A DNA stretch of 64,000 bases, from positions 1,496 through 65,495 of the forward strand of contig JACPND010000033.1 of the NCBI GenBank assembly GCA_016185625.1, given 5' to 3'. Shown in pieces: positions 55,463 through 64,000 of this stretch; the stretch's first letter is position 1; the number at the start of each line of letters is the position of its first letter. A model generated the notes under the pieces. The model made no database searches, had not been told where the DNA came from, and worked only from the letters and a program-made list of their open reading frames with translations. Made by a program: the position numbers and the translations under genes. The stretch comes from Candidatus Woesearchaeota archaeon (GTDB lineage: Archaea; Nanobdellota; Nanobdellia; Woesearchaeales; GW2011-AR9).

Positions 55463-56032
55463 ATGTATGGGTATACCAGGCAATTTATCGATACCTTCAG
55501 GGACTATCGCTCGGAAAAATTCGAAAACGTGGGGAAATTCTTTCTCCGTGCCGGCATTACGGCAAATAACGCTACCACGCTCTCTTTTTTGTTCGGCCTG
55601 TTCGCGGTGTATTACCTCTTTCAGAATCATCTGCTGTTTGTAATCTTCGTCCTTCTGCATCTGCTCACCGATGCGCTGGACGGCGTGATTGCCCGGGCTG
55701 CCTCGCCAACAACGTTTGGAAAATATCTGGATTACGCCACTGACCAGCTCATTCATCTGTTAACCATCGTCAAAATAGGATTTTATCTGGATGATTATTA
55801 CGCGTTCATCATTGCGGGACTCTTGATCCTGGCACAGTTAGTGTATATTCTCTCCAAGTGTACGGCCCCAGTATTATTTCTAAGAACAGTGACGTTACTT
55901 CTGCTGTCGTTGAACATACCAACACTCTCTTTTTTACAGCTGCCGACGATTGCCTATTTGGCGACGGGAGTGACAGCCGCGTACTCATTGATGCTGCAGG
56001 TGCAGTTTTACATGAAGAAAAGAGACTGGTGA
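55463..56032 (+). CDS. CDP-alcohol phosphatidyltransferase (archaetidyl-headgroup synthase type)
   Basis: D-x2-DG-x2-AR motif LTDALDGVIAR, 5-6 TM helices. Confidence 0.8.
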   Translation: MYGYTRQFIDTFRDYRSEKFENVGKFFLRAGITANNATTLSFLFGLFAVYYLFQNHLLFVIFVLLHLLTDALDGVIARAASPTTFGKYLDYATDQLIHLLTIVKIGFYLDDYYAFIIAGLLILAQLVYILSKCTAPVLFLRTVTLLLLSLNIPTLSFLQLPTIAYLATGVTAAYSLMLQVQFYMKKRDW

Positions 56033-56040
56033 AAAGCTTT

Positions 56041-56922
56041 TCATCCCATCATCGCCGGCAACACCAGTTCCTCACGCAGCGGCTGCAGTTCAAAGAGTGT
56101 CTGCCTTTTAGGAATAGTGATGCGACAGCCATGATAGGTTCTTCCCCGATAATACTCGATGCTGTGCCGCGACCAGTATTCTGCCTGCGGGTAGCCTTGC
56201 CGCAATGCTGCCAAGAACAATTCCAAAAATTGCTGTGCTGTCCGTTCCTGTGTAAATCGTGGCAAAAGAATCTCCTGTGTCCCGTGATTATTGATCCGCA
56301 ATTTATGGTCCAAAATCCCTTCCACAAAGCGCTCTACTACTTTTATATCAGCGCTTTCAACTGCCCTCTCCAAAAAATTCAAGCCCAGAGCTTCATACGA
56401 CTCATGGACCAGTCGTCCACGGGAAAGGCCCATCAATTCCAAGACACGCATATACGGCCGTCGCAGTACAAAACAGTGGGAACGCTGTGGTTTGGTAACT
56501 GTACTTCCCAGCTTATCATAAATATCTTTTCTCGATGGCGTGATCTCTGCCTTCCCTGTAACACTAATCGAACCTCCGGCAATAATTGACGCTGCGAGAT
56601 AGGCCAATCCGGGAACGGCCGCATCCTCGTCCGACAAACCCTGATGGCGAAGCAGATTCATATGATAAGGAGAAAGCGGATCTTCTCGCAGCTGGTCCAA
56701 CGAGCGGATGCTTTGCGGCTGTTGTCCCTGTTCCCACGCTTCTTTCAACTCTTTGGAAAGGAAAGGCACATCAACATCCGGAGCCTGATACTTGTGCTCA
56801 TACGGAACATGCACCAATCCGTGCGTAACCGCACTCAAATATTCCAGTCCATAATCCTGCCGTTGGCCATCAAACGACCGGATCCAATCTTCAAGTGTAA
56901 AAAGCATCAGCCGCAAAAACAA
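56041..56922 (-). CDS. hypothetical protein (293 aa)
   Basis: ORF track; the overlapping opposite-strand 243-aa ORF looks non-coding (C-rich, overlaps a lipid gene). Confidence 0.4.
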   Translation of the reverse strand: MFLRLMLFTLEDWIRSFDGQRQDYGLEYLSAVTHGLVHVPYEHKYQAPDVDVPFLSKELKEAWEQGQQPQSIRSLDQLREDPLSPYHMNLLRHQGLSDEDAAVPGLAYLAASIIAGGSISVTGKAEITPSRKDIYDKLGSTVTKPQRSHCFVLRRPYMRVLELMGLSRGRLVHESYEALGLNFLERAVESADIKVVERFVEGILDHKLRINNHGTQEILLPRFTQERTAQQFLELFLAALRQGYPQAEYWSRHSIEYYRGRTYHGCRITIPKRQTLFELQPLREELVLPAMMG

Positions 56923-56943
56923 GGCTTGTTTTATAAAGATGCC

Positions 56944-57462
56944 TCAAAACTTCGTCTCTCTTATCTTCAATAAATATCCGATATAATTCACACCTAAATG
57001 TAAAATCGGACTTACCACCAATAACATCACTACGACCTCGATCGGTGCCACATACAGGACAAAAAAACCGATTATTCCGCCAAACACAAAATCCGCCTGA
57101 TCCCAGGGAATCCATGGCTCGCCAGGAGGAATTCCATTTTTCCTTTTATAATAACTCTTCACCAAATCTCCCAGAATCGCGCCCGCACCCATGAAAAAGC
57201 CACTCCACCAGGGAAAGCCGGCATAATCTATCAACAAAAAGCCGCGAAATCCACTGGCATAGGCATATTTCTGAATCGCAAAGACCATTCCGCCAAAAAG
57301 TGTAGCGACAACTAACCCTCTCCAGGTCTTATGCGCTCCAAACCATCTCTCAGACACCGGCTGGGCACCAAACGGAATCCAGCGGAGTAACACTGGCGCC
57401 ATGTTGGCAACATACGCCGGAAGGAAAAAGTACAATGATTTCAGCAACAGATCTGCAATCAT
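56944..57462 (-). CDS. carS: CDP-archaeol synthase CarS
   Basis: ~170-aa 5-TM protein with HKTWRG motif and GDL..S..KR C-terminal block. Confidence 0.75.
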   Translation of the reverse strand: MIADLLLKSLYFFLPAYVANMAPVLLRWIPFGAQPVSERWFGAHKTWRGLVVATLFGGMVFAIQKYAYASGFRGFLLIDYAGFPWWSGFFMGAGAILGDLVKSYYKRKNGIPPGEPWIPWDQADFVFGGIIGFFVLYVAPIEVVVMLLVVSPILHLGVNYIGYLLKIRETKF

Positions 57463-57671
57463 GCCCCAGAAAAAACAACACCTATATTTAAATTATTGTT
57501 TTTGGCGTTGATGTAAAAAAAGATATTTAAAAAAAAAGAAAAAAAATCATAAAGTAATTATCGTCTTTTCTTAGCTTTCTTTGCCATTATCGTTCACCTC
57601 TTTGTTAACAATAGTGGGAAGTAAGATTTATTTCTTTTTAAACGTTTCCTTTTTTGAACCAATTTCCAAAT

Positions 57672-58367
57672 TTATCGACGAGAAATTTTTTTCTTAAAAA
57701 CAGCAGGATTATTGCTGGCGATGCCGTCAATCCCCCAACTTTCAAATTTGTCGACGAGAGAAGGCTTGTCCACTACCCAGACCGAAACGCAAAAGTTCTG
57801 TTGATGAGCCAGATCAATGAAAGTTTTATTTACCACTTTGTACAATCCGACAAGCCATTCTACCCGAAGATCTTTCGCCCGACGGAGAAATCTCGTCCGA
57901 TTGAATATTCTATCTTTAAAGATCAGTCCCGTGGTTATCGACGGATCCAGTATTTTGATGGCGGCTAATGTCTCCGCACTGAAAGAGATAACCTGCGGAC
58001 GTGCTCCCGCCTTAATTATTTCCTGCACGACAACCTCTTCCATGCCCGGATCTTTGATCTCTACCTGCGGAAGAACTTTGCTTTTCTTGGCTAAAGATAA
58101 GAACTCGGCCAAGGTCGGCAGTTTCTCGCCTTTTCCGGCATCCAAACCTCGTAATTGAGCGAGGGAGAAATCTTTGACCAGACCTTTCCTATTGGTCGTA
58201 CGGTTCAGTGTCTGATCGTGGATGACGATAACTTGATGGTCTTTGGTCAGCCGAACATCGCATTCGATGGCATTGACGCCCATAGTGATGGCTTTCTTCC
58301 AAGAGCGTAAGGTATTCTCCGGTTCATAGTGGGGTGCGCCCCGGTGTCCTACATTCAGAAAAGCCAT
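57672..58367 (-). CDS. ugpQ: glycerophosphodiester phosphodiesterase
   Basis: [44 protein letters not shown] motifs. Confidence 0.85.
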   Translation of the reverse strand: MAFLNVGHRGAPHYEPENTLRSWKKAITMGVNAIECDVRLTKDHQVIVIHDQTLNRTTNRKGLVKDFSLAQLRGLDAGKGEKLPTLAEFLSLAKKSKVLPQVEIKDPGMEEVVVQEIIKAGARPQVISFSAETLAAIKILDPSITTGLIFKDRIFNRTRFLRRAKDLRVEWLVGLYKVVNKTFIDLAHQQNFCVSVWVVDKPSLVDKFESWGIDGIASNNPAVFKKKISRR

Positions 58368-58454
58368 GGTACTGCTATTTTTTCTGAATTTAAAAATATT
58401 GCCATAAACTTTAAAAACAGAACTACATTGAGAGACACATTTGGAGGTTCAATC

Positions 58455-59006
58455 ATGGTATCCGGAACAATTATCGGCATTATTATTGGAGCAGTCGTAC
58501 TATTATTTGTGATTTACATCTACAACAGCCTGATCAAGTTAAAGATGCGGGCGAGCAATGCCTGGTCGCAGATTGACGTGCAGCTCAAGCGCCGATACGA
58601 CTTGATTCCTAATTTAGTGAATACGGTCAAAGGCTATATGAAACACGAGAAAGGCGTGCTGGAAGAAGTCACGAAAGCACGAACCTCCCTGATGAGCGGA
58701 TCGATGCAAGCTAAGGCGAAAGCTAATAATCAGATTACCGAAGCTTTGAAGAGCATCTTTGCTGTGGCAGAGAACTATCCGCAGTTGAAAGCTAGTGAGA
58801 ATTTCAGGATCTTGCAGGAAGAGCTATCCGGCACTGAATCGAAGATTGCCTATGCCCGGCAGTTCTATAATGACACCGTGATGCAGCTTAACCAGGCGAT
58901 TCAGTCTTTCCCGACTAATATCTTTGCCAAGCTCTTTGGCGCCCAGCAGCGGGAATTCTTTGAAGCGGCCGAAGGGGAACGGAAGAACGTCAAAGTGGAA
59001 TTTTAA
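58455..59006 (+). CDS. lemA: LemA-family membrane protein
   Basis: N-terminal TM plus LemA domain ([33 protein letters not shown]); GGAGG RBS 7 nt upstream of the internal Met. Confidence 0.8.
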   Translation: MVSGTIIGIIIGAVVLLFVIYIYNSLIKLKMRASNAWSQIDVQLKRRYDLIPNLVNTVKGYMKHEKGVLEEVTKARTSLMSGSMQAKAKANNQITEALKSIFAVAENYPQLKASENFRILQEELSGTESKIAYARQFYNDTVMQLNQAIQSFPTNIFAKLFGAQQREFFEAAEGERKNVKVEF

Positions 59007-59011
59007 TCCTC

Positions 59012-59911
59012 ATGGGCTTGTATGAAGAGATTGCAGGAAATAAGCGCAGGACTTTCTTGCTATTATTTTTCTTTTTTGGATTGGTGGTTTTTCTAGGCTT
59101 GGTCATCGGCCTGATGTACGGCAATCAGTATTTCGGCCTCGGTCTGGCGCTGGTGATCGGTGTGGTGTATTTTTTGATCAGCTATTTCGCTGGCTCTTCG
59201 ATGATTCTAAGCATGACCGGCGCACGGGAAGCGACGAAGCCGGAGTACACGCATCTGATTAACACTGTGGAAGGATTGGCGGTCGCTGCGGGATTGCCCA
59301 AACCGCCGAAAGTGTATGTGATAGATGATTCAGCCTTGAATGCTTTTGCCACGGGCCGGGATCCGGAACACGCCACGATTACCGTCACCACCGGCTTATT
59401 GCAGAAGATGAATCGGTTGGAACTGGAAGGCGTGATTGCGCATGAGATGTCGCACATCAAGAATTTTGACATCCGGGTGATGATGCTGGCGGCAGTGCTG
59501 GTGGGATTGACTGTCTTGTTATCTGACTTTTTATTGCGCTCATTTCTCTGGGGCGGCAAGCGGGATCGCGAGCAGAATCAATTAGGGGTAGTGTTGATTA
59601 TTGTCGGTATTGCGTTAGCGATTCTGGCGCCATTAATCGGAGAATTAATCAAGTTATCCGTCTCCCGGAAACGGGAATTTTTAGCCGATGCCTCCGGTGC
59701 CTTATTGACGCGATATCCGAAGGGATTGGCGGATGCGCTGCGGAAAATAAAACACGATCCTGATCCGTTAGTGGATAAAGCGAATAAGGCGACGGCACAT
59801 CTGTTCATTTCTATGCCCTTCCGCCATGACGGGAAAACGAGCCTGATGCAGAATCTATTCAGCACGCATCCGCCGATTGAGGAAAGGATTAAGAGATTGG
59901 AAGGGATGTGA
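59012..59911 (+). CDS. htpX: M48/HtpX-like zinc metalloprotease
   Basis: HEMSHIKNFD zincin motif between TM segments; paired with lemA. Confidence 0.85.
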   Translation: MGLYEEIAGNKRRTFLLLFFFFGLVVFLGLVIGLMYGNQYFGLGLALVIGVVYFLISYFAGSSMILSMTGAREATKPEYTHLINTVEGLAVAAGLPKPPKVYVIDDSALNAFATGRDPEHATITVTTGLLQKMNRLELEGVIAHEMSHIKNFDIRVMMLAAVLVGLTVLLSDFLLRSFLWGGKRDREQNQLGVVLIIVGIALAILAPLIGELIKLSVSRKREFLADASGALLTRYPKGLADALRKIKHDPDPLVDKANKATAHLFISMPFRHDGKTSLMQNLFSTHPPIEERIKRLEGM

Positions 59912-60375
59912 ATCAATGCTCTCTTGACGAAGTAACTATCAATTCCCACAAATAAGATCCTAAACCGCCTACAAAAGCAAGAACTGAGACAGGGTCAAAA
60001 CTGCATTGCGTACCCGTGTATACAAATGCCAATACTATTAATGATAGCTGAAGAATTCTAAACGTTATTAAAAGAGCCATTGTAAAATTATGCCTATTGC
60101 GCCGATAAGACCAAGGATTAAGAATACTATTTCCATAACGAAAGCAAATTTTCTAAATCCATGGAGTTGGGAGAGTTCTATGTTTTCTACCATTTTTATC
60201 TGAAAAGAACCTATTTATTTAAATTTTCCGCATTTTTTTTAATAATTATGTGGGTTGCAAAATTTAAAATCAAGCGTAAAGCAGAATCGAAGCTTAGGCG
60301 TATTTCCCTCCAGAGGGCTGGCATATGACAGCATAAAGAATAAATAGTGGTTAAAATTTTCTTTCGAAATGGTAA

Positions 60376-60528
60376 CTCAAAAACTCTTTTGGTCCAACCC
60401 CTATCAGACCGAATGCACTGCAACCGTAACCGGAATCAACGGCAATAGAATACGTCTTTCCATCCCGGTCTATCCAAGTCACTTCGTTCGTGGGTTGCCT
60501 GACGGCAACGACCGGTGGTAGGGCGCTC
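60376..60528 (+). pseudogene. possible decayed alaX-like (tRNA_SAD N-domain) gene remnant
   Basis: MVTQKLFWSNPYQTECTATVTGINGNRIRLSIPVYP resembles AlaX-M N-terminus (KLYY.D.Y..EF.A.V....GN.V.LD.T.FYP); terminates after 50 codons, downstream frame lacks HxxxH. Confidence 0.25.
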
Positions 60529-60838
60529 GCAACGTTTGACAAAGCACTCCTGCTCAAAAAAAGCATGCATACAACTGAATTTGTGAAGCTTCTTTCTGCT
60601 GAAACACGGAAAGAGATACGGGAAGTTCCCAAGAAAGAATGGGTTGAGTTCGCAACGGGTGTGCAGAAAGCAGAATGGAAGCGGAAGAAATACTTGACAC
60701 AAGCGTAGCTCTTGACCATAAAGAAGGGATAATTACCATCTTCACACTGGGGATGGTGATTTTGAGCGAATAAAACTGGTGGAACTGAAATTTTTTTTGA
60801 AGTGAAATAACCGCGAAATTTCTCAAGAATCCATTTGC

Positions 60839-63478
60839 TTAAATCTCCTTAATCTTCCTCAGCGTTTCTTCAAAGTATTTCTTCTTTTCTTTCAGCGCCG
60901 TGGGACTTCCGCCGCCATGCCAGGTAAAGCGCGGCCGGACTTGGATGGGAAACAGCCGTTCATTGGCATCGTCAAAGACAATCGCCGATCCGGTTACTTT
61001 GGGCAATTGATCTAATTCCTGATCTAATCCTTTGCGCATGTAACTTTGCATCAGCTGTCCCAGCGCTTCGACATCGAGACGTGCCGTCAGGCGGTGGGCA
61101 AGAACAATATCCGACTGTGTCATTACGTCAGTGTGGATTTTCCCGGGCTGCTGCGATGCCAAAATTAACGAAATGCCCGGCTGACGGCCTTCGCGTAAAA
61201 TGGTGACCAGCGCATCGGTGGCAGCAGTCTTCCCTTCTTTTGGCAAAAGTTCATGCGCTTCATCCAACCCCAGCCAGACCAATGGCTCTTCTAATTTTTC
61301 TTCTGTTTCTTTGGAAAAATAATGCAGCGCGGCATCGACAGTACGAAATTCTTCAGCTTTTCTTGCTACCATGCGTTGATTGAACAAGGAGCGGCAGATC
61401 AGGCCAACCACCAGCGCTTTGATGCTCCAGCCGGAGGCCATGACGGCATAGGGGCTTAAATCCAGCACCGTGACCTGCCCTGCGGAGATAATATCTTTTA
61501 ACGGCGTTCCTTGTTTGGAGAAAATTTCCCACTCGTGGGCTTTTTCAAACTGATTGACAACGATGCTCTTGACGACTTTGTCGCTTTCCGGATCGTTTTG
61601 AAATTCCCGGATCAACTGCTCGATTTCGTAACTGACGCCGGCTCGATTTAATCTCTGAACCACTTTTGTAATCAAGACGCCTTCGGCGGAATTGACATTG
61701 ATTTCAAAAGCATTGCACCAGTCTTCCGGATTGACATCGAGGGGTTGGATGGAGAAGGAGAAATCAGTAGGGATGCCTTCCTCTTTAAAGCGGTTGAAAA
61801 AGCCGGAGGGCGTGTAGATTTTCACAGCTAATGATTTGGGATCAAATCCCCATTGCTTGGCTAGTTCCGCATCCTGAAAGTTTGGATACTTCATCGTCCA
61901 ATAGATGCCCATAGTATCCAGAAGAACGATAGAAAGGTTTTGCTTGATTTCCGCAGGGAGATCGGATAATCCTTCAGCGATGGCGCCCAGCGAGTAGGAG
62001 TTGTGAACGATAATATCATTTGCAACAAAGTTATGTGTTTCTGGAACAGTTAAATCATAAACTTCAAATTCTCCTTCTAATAATTTCATAGAGGTGATTT
62101 CATCCCAAAAGATATCCGAACTGGCAAATTTGGAAAGCAAATCAGATTCATCGGCTAGGGCGACTTGTAGCAAGGTCTGCCGTGAAGGGGAATAATGAAT
62201 CCTTTCACGCATAGCTTTAGGATGTGCATAGCCTAATTTTCTACCAACTTCAGCCCAATTGTCTGGTCGATATAACTCCCAGATCTCTTTAGGAATAGTA
62301 TCAATGTTAGGATTTCTTTTAATGGATGGGGCTTCTTTAAGAGCAAAACAGGCCCGTTCTTCTTTTATTCCATAAAAACCAATTTCTTGTAAGTATTGGT
62401 TAACATTTTCATCATAAACTTCTAATTCATGAGACTTAAATATTTTTCCATTCAATTTAATGTTTTTATTTCTAATCTTTGAAAGAACTCCGAATCTTAA
62501 CAGTAGGTGTTGAACGCCATCAATAATTTCTTTTGAAGAAGAACAATAACTTACAAACCAATGTCCTGCTTTTTTATAAATCGTTCCGTCACATGAGAAT
62601 AACCGATTGAGGAACAGACTTAACTGATGTTTTGGCAATTGGAAGATCTCTTTTGGAATGAATTTTGTCAATGAATTTTTATTATACAAACCAAAACGCC
62701 CTATCCAGTTTCTAATGGAAGAATGAGCAAACTTGGGACCAGCATTAAATCTGCCTAAAACATCTTTTTTACTCTGCTCGGACATGACTTTTTTAATTTG
62801 ACTGACGCGGTAACAACCTTTTTTACCATGCAAATCAACTCTTAAATTAGAATCAAGATACGTTACAGACTGCTTGAATTCTTGCAATATCTTTTCATCC
62901 ATATTGGAAAAAAGCACAAAACCTTTACCTAAATGTCCCTCAGCAATCAAATAAGCTAATAATCTGATTTCATGTTCTGGCATAGAATTTTCCCCAAAAG
63001 CTTCTACTTTTCGTGGTGTCGCAATTCTAGAGCCGAAACCTAGTTTTCCGGCCGGAACCCATCCTTTTACAGTTAAAAGAGGGTGTTCTGATGTAAGTTT
63101 AATGGATCTTCCACTCCTTAAACCAATCTCGATAAGCCGGTTTACCGGTCTTTTGAAGAAGTTACTTTTCTGTCCTTGTTTAATCTTAAGATCTTCGTCA
63201 AGAGTAAAAATATCCTGATCATTATTCTCTAAATCTTTGATTTTAGCTACTGAACCATCATTGAGAGTTATGAGGGTGTCTCCGTGTAGACATTTCCCAC
63301 TTCCCCTTTTGCCGACAATAAACACCACGTGCGCACCAGCAATATCCATAAACACAGGATTGGAAAGAGATGTCGTCTGACCCATCTGGATATACTGCTT
63401 GCCGACGAGGATAGTTCCCTCTTTGCCGTATTTCTCAACGTCCTTCTTACTTCTCCCGATGATGACCTCAAAGACCAT
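60839..63478 (-). CDS. HerA/FtsK-superfamily (DUF87/AAA_10-type) P-loop ATPase interrupted by an intein
   Basis: Extein: Walker A VVFIVGKRGSGK|S (reconstituted), VLDLSPY, Walker B LVWLGLDEAHELL, REGRQPGISLILASQQPGKI...DIVLAHRL. Confidence 0.75.
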   Translation of the reverse strand: MVFEVIIGRSKKDVEKYGKEGTILVGKQYIQMGQTTSLSNPVFMDIAGAHVVFIVGKRGSGKCLHGDTLITLNDGSVAKIKDLENNDQDIFTLDEDLKIKQGQKSNFFKRPVNRLIEIGLRSGRSIKLTSEHPLLTVKGWVPAGKLGFGSRIATPRKVEAFGENSMPEHEIRLLAYLIAEGHLGKGFVLFSNMDEKILQEFKQSVTYLDSNLRVDLHGKKGCYRVSQIKKVMSEQSKKDVLGRFNAGPKFAHSSIRNWIGRFGLYNKNSLTKFIPKEIFQLPKHQLSLFLNRLFSCDGTIYKKAGHWFVSYCSSSKEIIDGVQHLLLRFGVLSKIRNKNIKLNGKIFKSHELEVYDENVNQYLQEIGFYGIKEERACFALKEAPSIKRNPNIDTIPKEIWELYRPDNWAEVGRKLGYAHPKAMRERIHYSPSRQTLLQVALADESDLLSKFASSDIFWDEITSMKLLEGEFEVYDLTVPETHNFVANDIIVHNSYSLGAIAEGLSDLPAEIKQNLSIVLLDTMGIYWTMKYPNFQDAELAKQWGFDPKSLAVKIYTPSGFFNRFKEEGIPTDFSFSIQPLDVNPEDWCNAFEINVNSAEGVLITKVVQRLNRAGVSYEIEQLIREFQNDPESDKVVKSIVVNQFEKAHEWEIFSKQGTPLKDIISAGQVTVLDLSPYAVMASGWSIKALVVGLICRSLFNQRMVARKAEEFRTVDAALHYFSKETEEKLEEPLVWLGLDEAHELLPKEGKTAATDALVTILREGRQPGISLILASQQPGKIHTDVMTQSDIVLAHRLTARLDVEALGQLMQSYMRKGLDQELDQLPKVTGSAIVFDDANERLFPIQVRPRFTWHGGGSPTALKEKKKYFEETLRKIKEI
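62000..63292 (-). other. intein (431 aa) with LAGLIDADG homing-endonuclease domain inside the Walker A motif
   Basis: Starts CLHGDTLITLNDGS right after GSGK; LAGLIDADG-like blocks LLAYLIAEGHLGKG and LNRLFSCDGTIYKK; ends ...NDIIVHN followed by +1 Ser (SYSLGAI). Confidence 0.75.
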
Positions 63479-63563
63479 ACGGTAGAGAAAGTAAAGAAGA
63501 TTAAAAAGGTTGTGGCGAGGTTGGAAGATTCAATATCCTCCTATTCCCACGCAAAGTTTCACT

Positions 63564-63983
63564 TTATGCCAGCAATTCATCCGTCACGATGTTCACTCGG
63601 CTCGGCTCTTTGACTTTGCTGCTGGTGCCGATCACATGGCGGATGCCGACACGCTCCGCTAAGCGAATCAAATCAATATCTACCGCTCCGTCAATCGCTA
63701 AGGCATACACGCCGCCTTCTAAGCTTCTCAACGTCGTCGCCAGTTCTGTCAAAGGAACCTTGCCTAAGATATTTAATTTTTGATCAAAGATGCACGCCCC
63801 GTGGGTGCCAAAGAGATCTTCCAAAGTTTTCTTGAACAGTCCTTTTTCTTCTTCAGCAAGCCTTCTGGGAGCTTCAGTCGGACTCGGCCGGGCAAAAGGC
63901 TGCGACCGTGGTTGCTGCATGGCTGGACGAGCTGGCATCGGTGATCCTGCCTGTCGCTGCGGCATCGGAGGCCGTTGGCCCAT
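63564..63983 (-). CDS. hypothetical protein, P/Q-rich N-terminus plus conserved C-terminal alpha/beta domain; may extend past window end
   Basis: ORF track; ALAIDGAVDIDLIRLAERVGIRHVIGT block. Confidence 0.3.
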   Translation of the reverse strand: MGQRPPMPQRQAGSPMPARPAMQQPRSQPFARPSPTEAPRRLAEEEKGLFKKTLEDLFGTHGACIFDQKLNILGKVPLTELATTLRSLEGGVYALAIDGAVDIDLIRLAERVGIRHVIGTSSKVKEPSRVNIVTDELLA

Positions 63984-64000
63984 CCGTTTGGTGCCGTTTT

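Noticed and set aside
55858-56589. 243-aa plus-strand ORF
   Set aside because: Overlaps the CDP-alcohol phosphatidyltransferase gene and the better-looking 293-aa minus-strand ORF. Composition is Cys/Gln-rich and non-protein-like.
60376-60708. Intact AlaX-type tRNA-editing gene
   Set aside because: Only the first ~35 residues resemble the AlaX N-domain. The frame terminates after 50 codons and the downstream frame lacks the HxxxH/CxxxH zinc motifs. At best a pseudogene remnant.
1-64000. tRNA, rRNA, RNase P RNA and SRP RNA genes
   Set aside because: All intergenic regions were scanned by eye for T-loop (GGTTCGAATCC-like) and CR-I (AGGAAAGTCC) signatures with no hits. Undetected structured RNAs remain possible, especially within the palindromic repeats.

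Overview
The window looks archaeal. Evidence: archaeal/eukaryal-only r-proteins (S4e, S8e, S19e, S3Ae, L19e, L32e, L31e, L39e), aIF-1A, SUI1, MBF1, Nop5/fibrillarin, Cbf5, Dph2, CDP-archaeol synthase. Coding GC is moderate, roughly 45-50%. The main block is a minus-strand ribosomal-protein supercluster (L3 at 35072 down to SecY at 20707) with RNase P Rpp29 and SUI1 embedded, and unusual neighbours where adenylate kinase normally sits. Also present: a suf Fe-S operon (regulator-sufB-D-S-U-C-sufT), a two-subunit ATP-citrate lyase (aclB-aclA), CTP synthase, lipid genes (CarS, CDP-alcohol phosphatidyltransferase, GDPD), a thiol-disulfide module (HxlR | CC-membrane protein, CcdA, TlpA-like redoxin), and LemA-HtpX. 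Several features stand out: a HEPN-MNT cassette wedged between nop5 and flpA; an intein in the Walker A motif of a HerA/DUF87-type ATPase; a split Dph2 (TAA-ATG junction); an agmatine-deiminase-like gene in the usual adk slot. Intergenic DNA is unusually rich in palindromic MITE-like repeats. There are at least three families, one with a perfect target-site duplication, and two inverted copies bracket the ~31-kb ribosomal block. Also present are an IS5 transposase fragment and decayed pseudogenes. No tRNA, rRNA or CRISPR array was found by eye.
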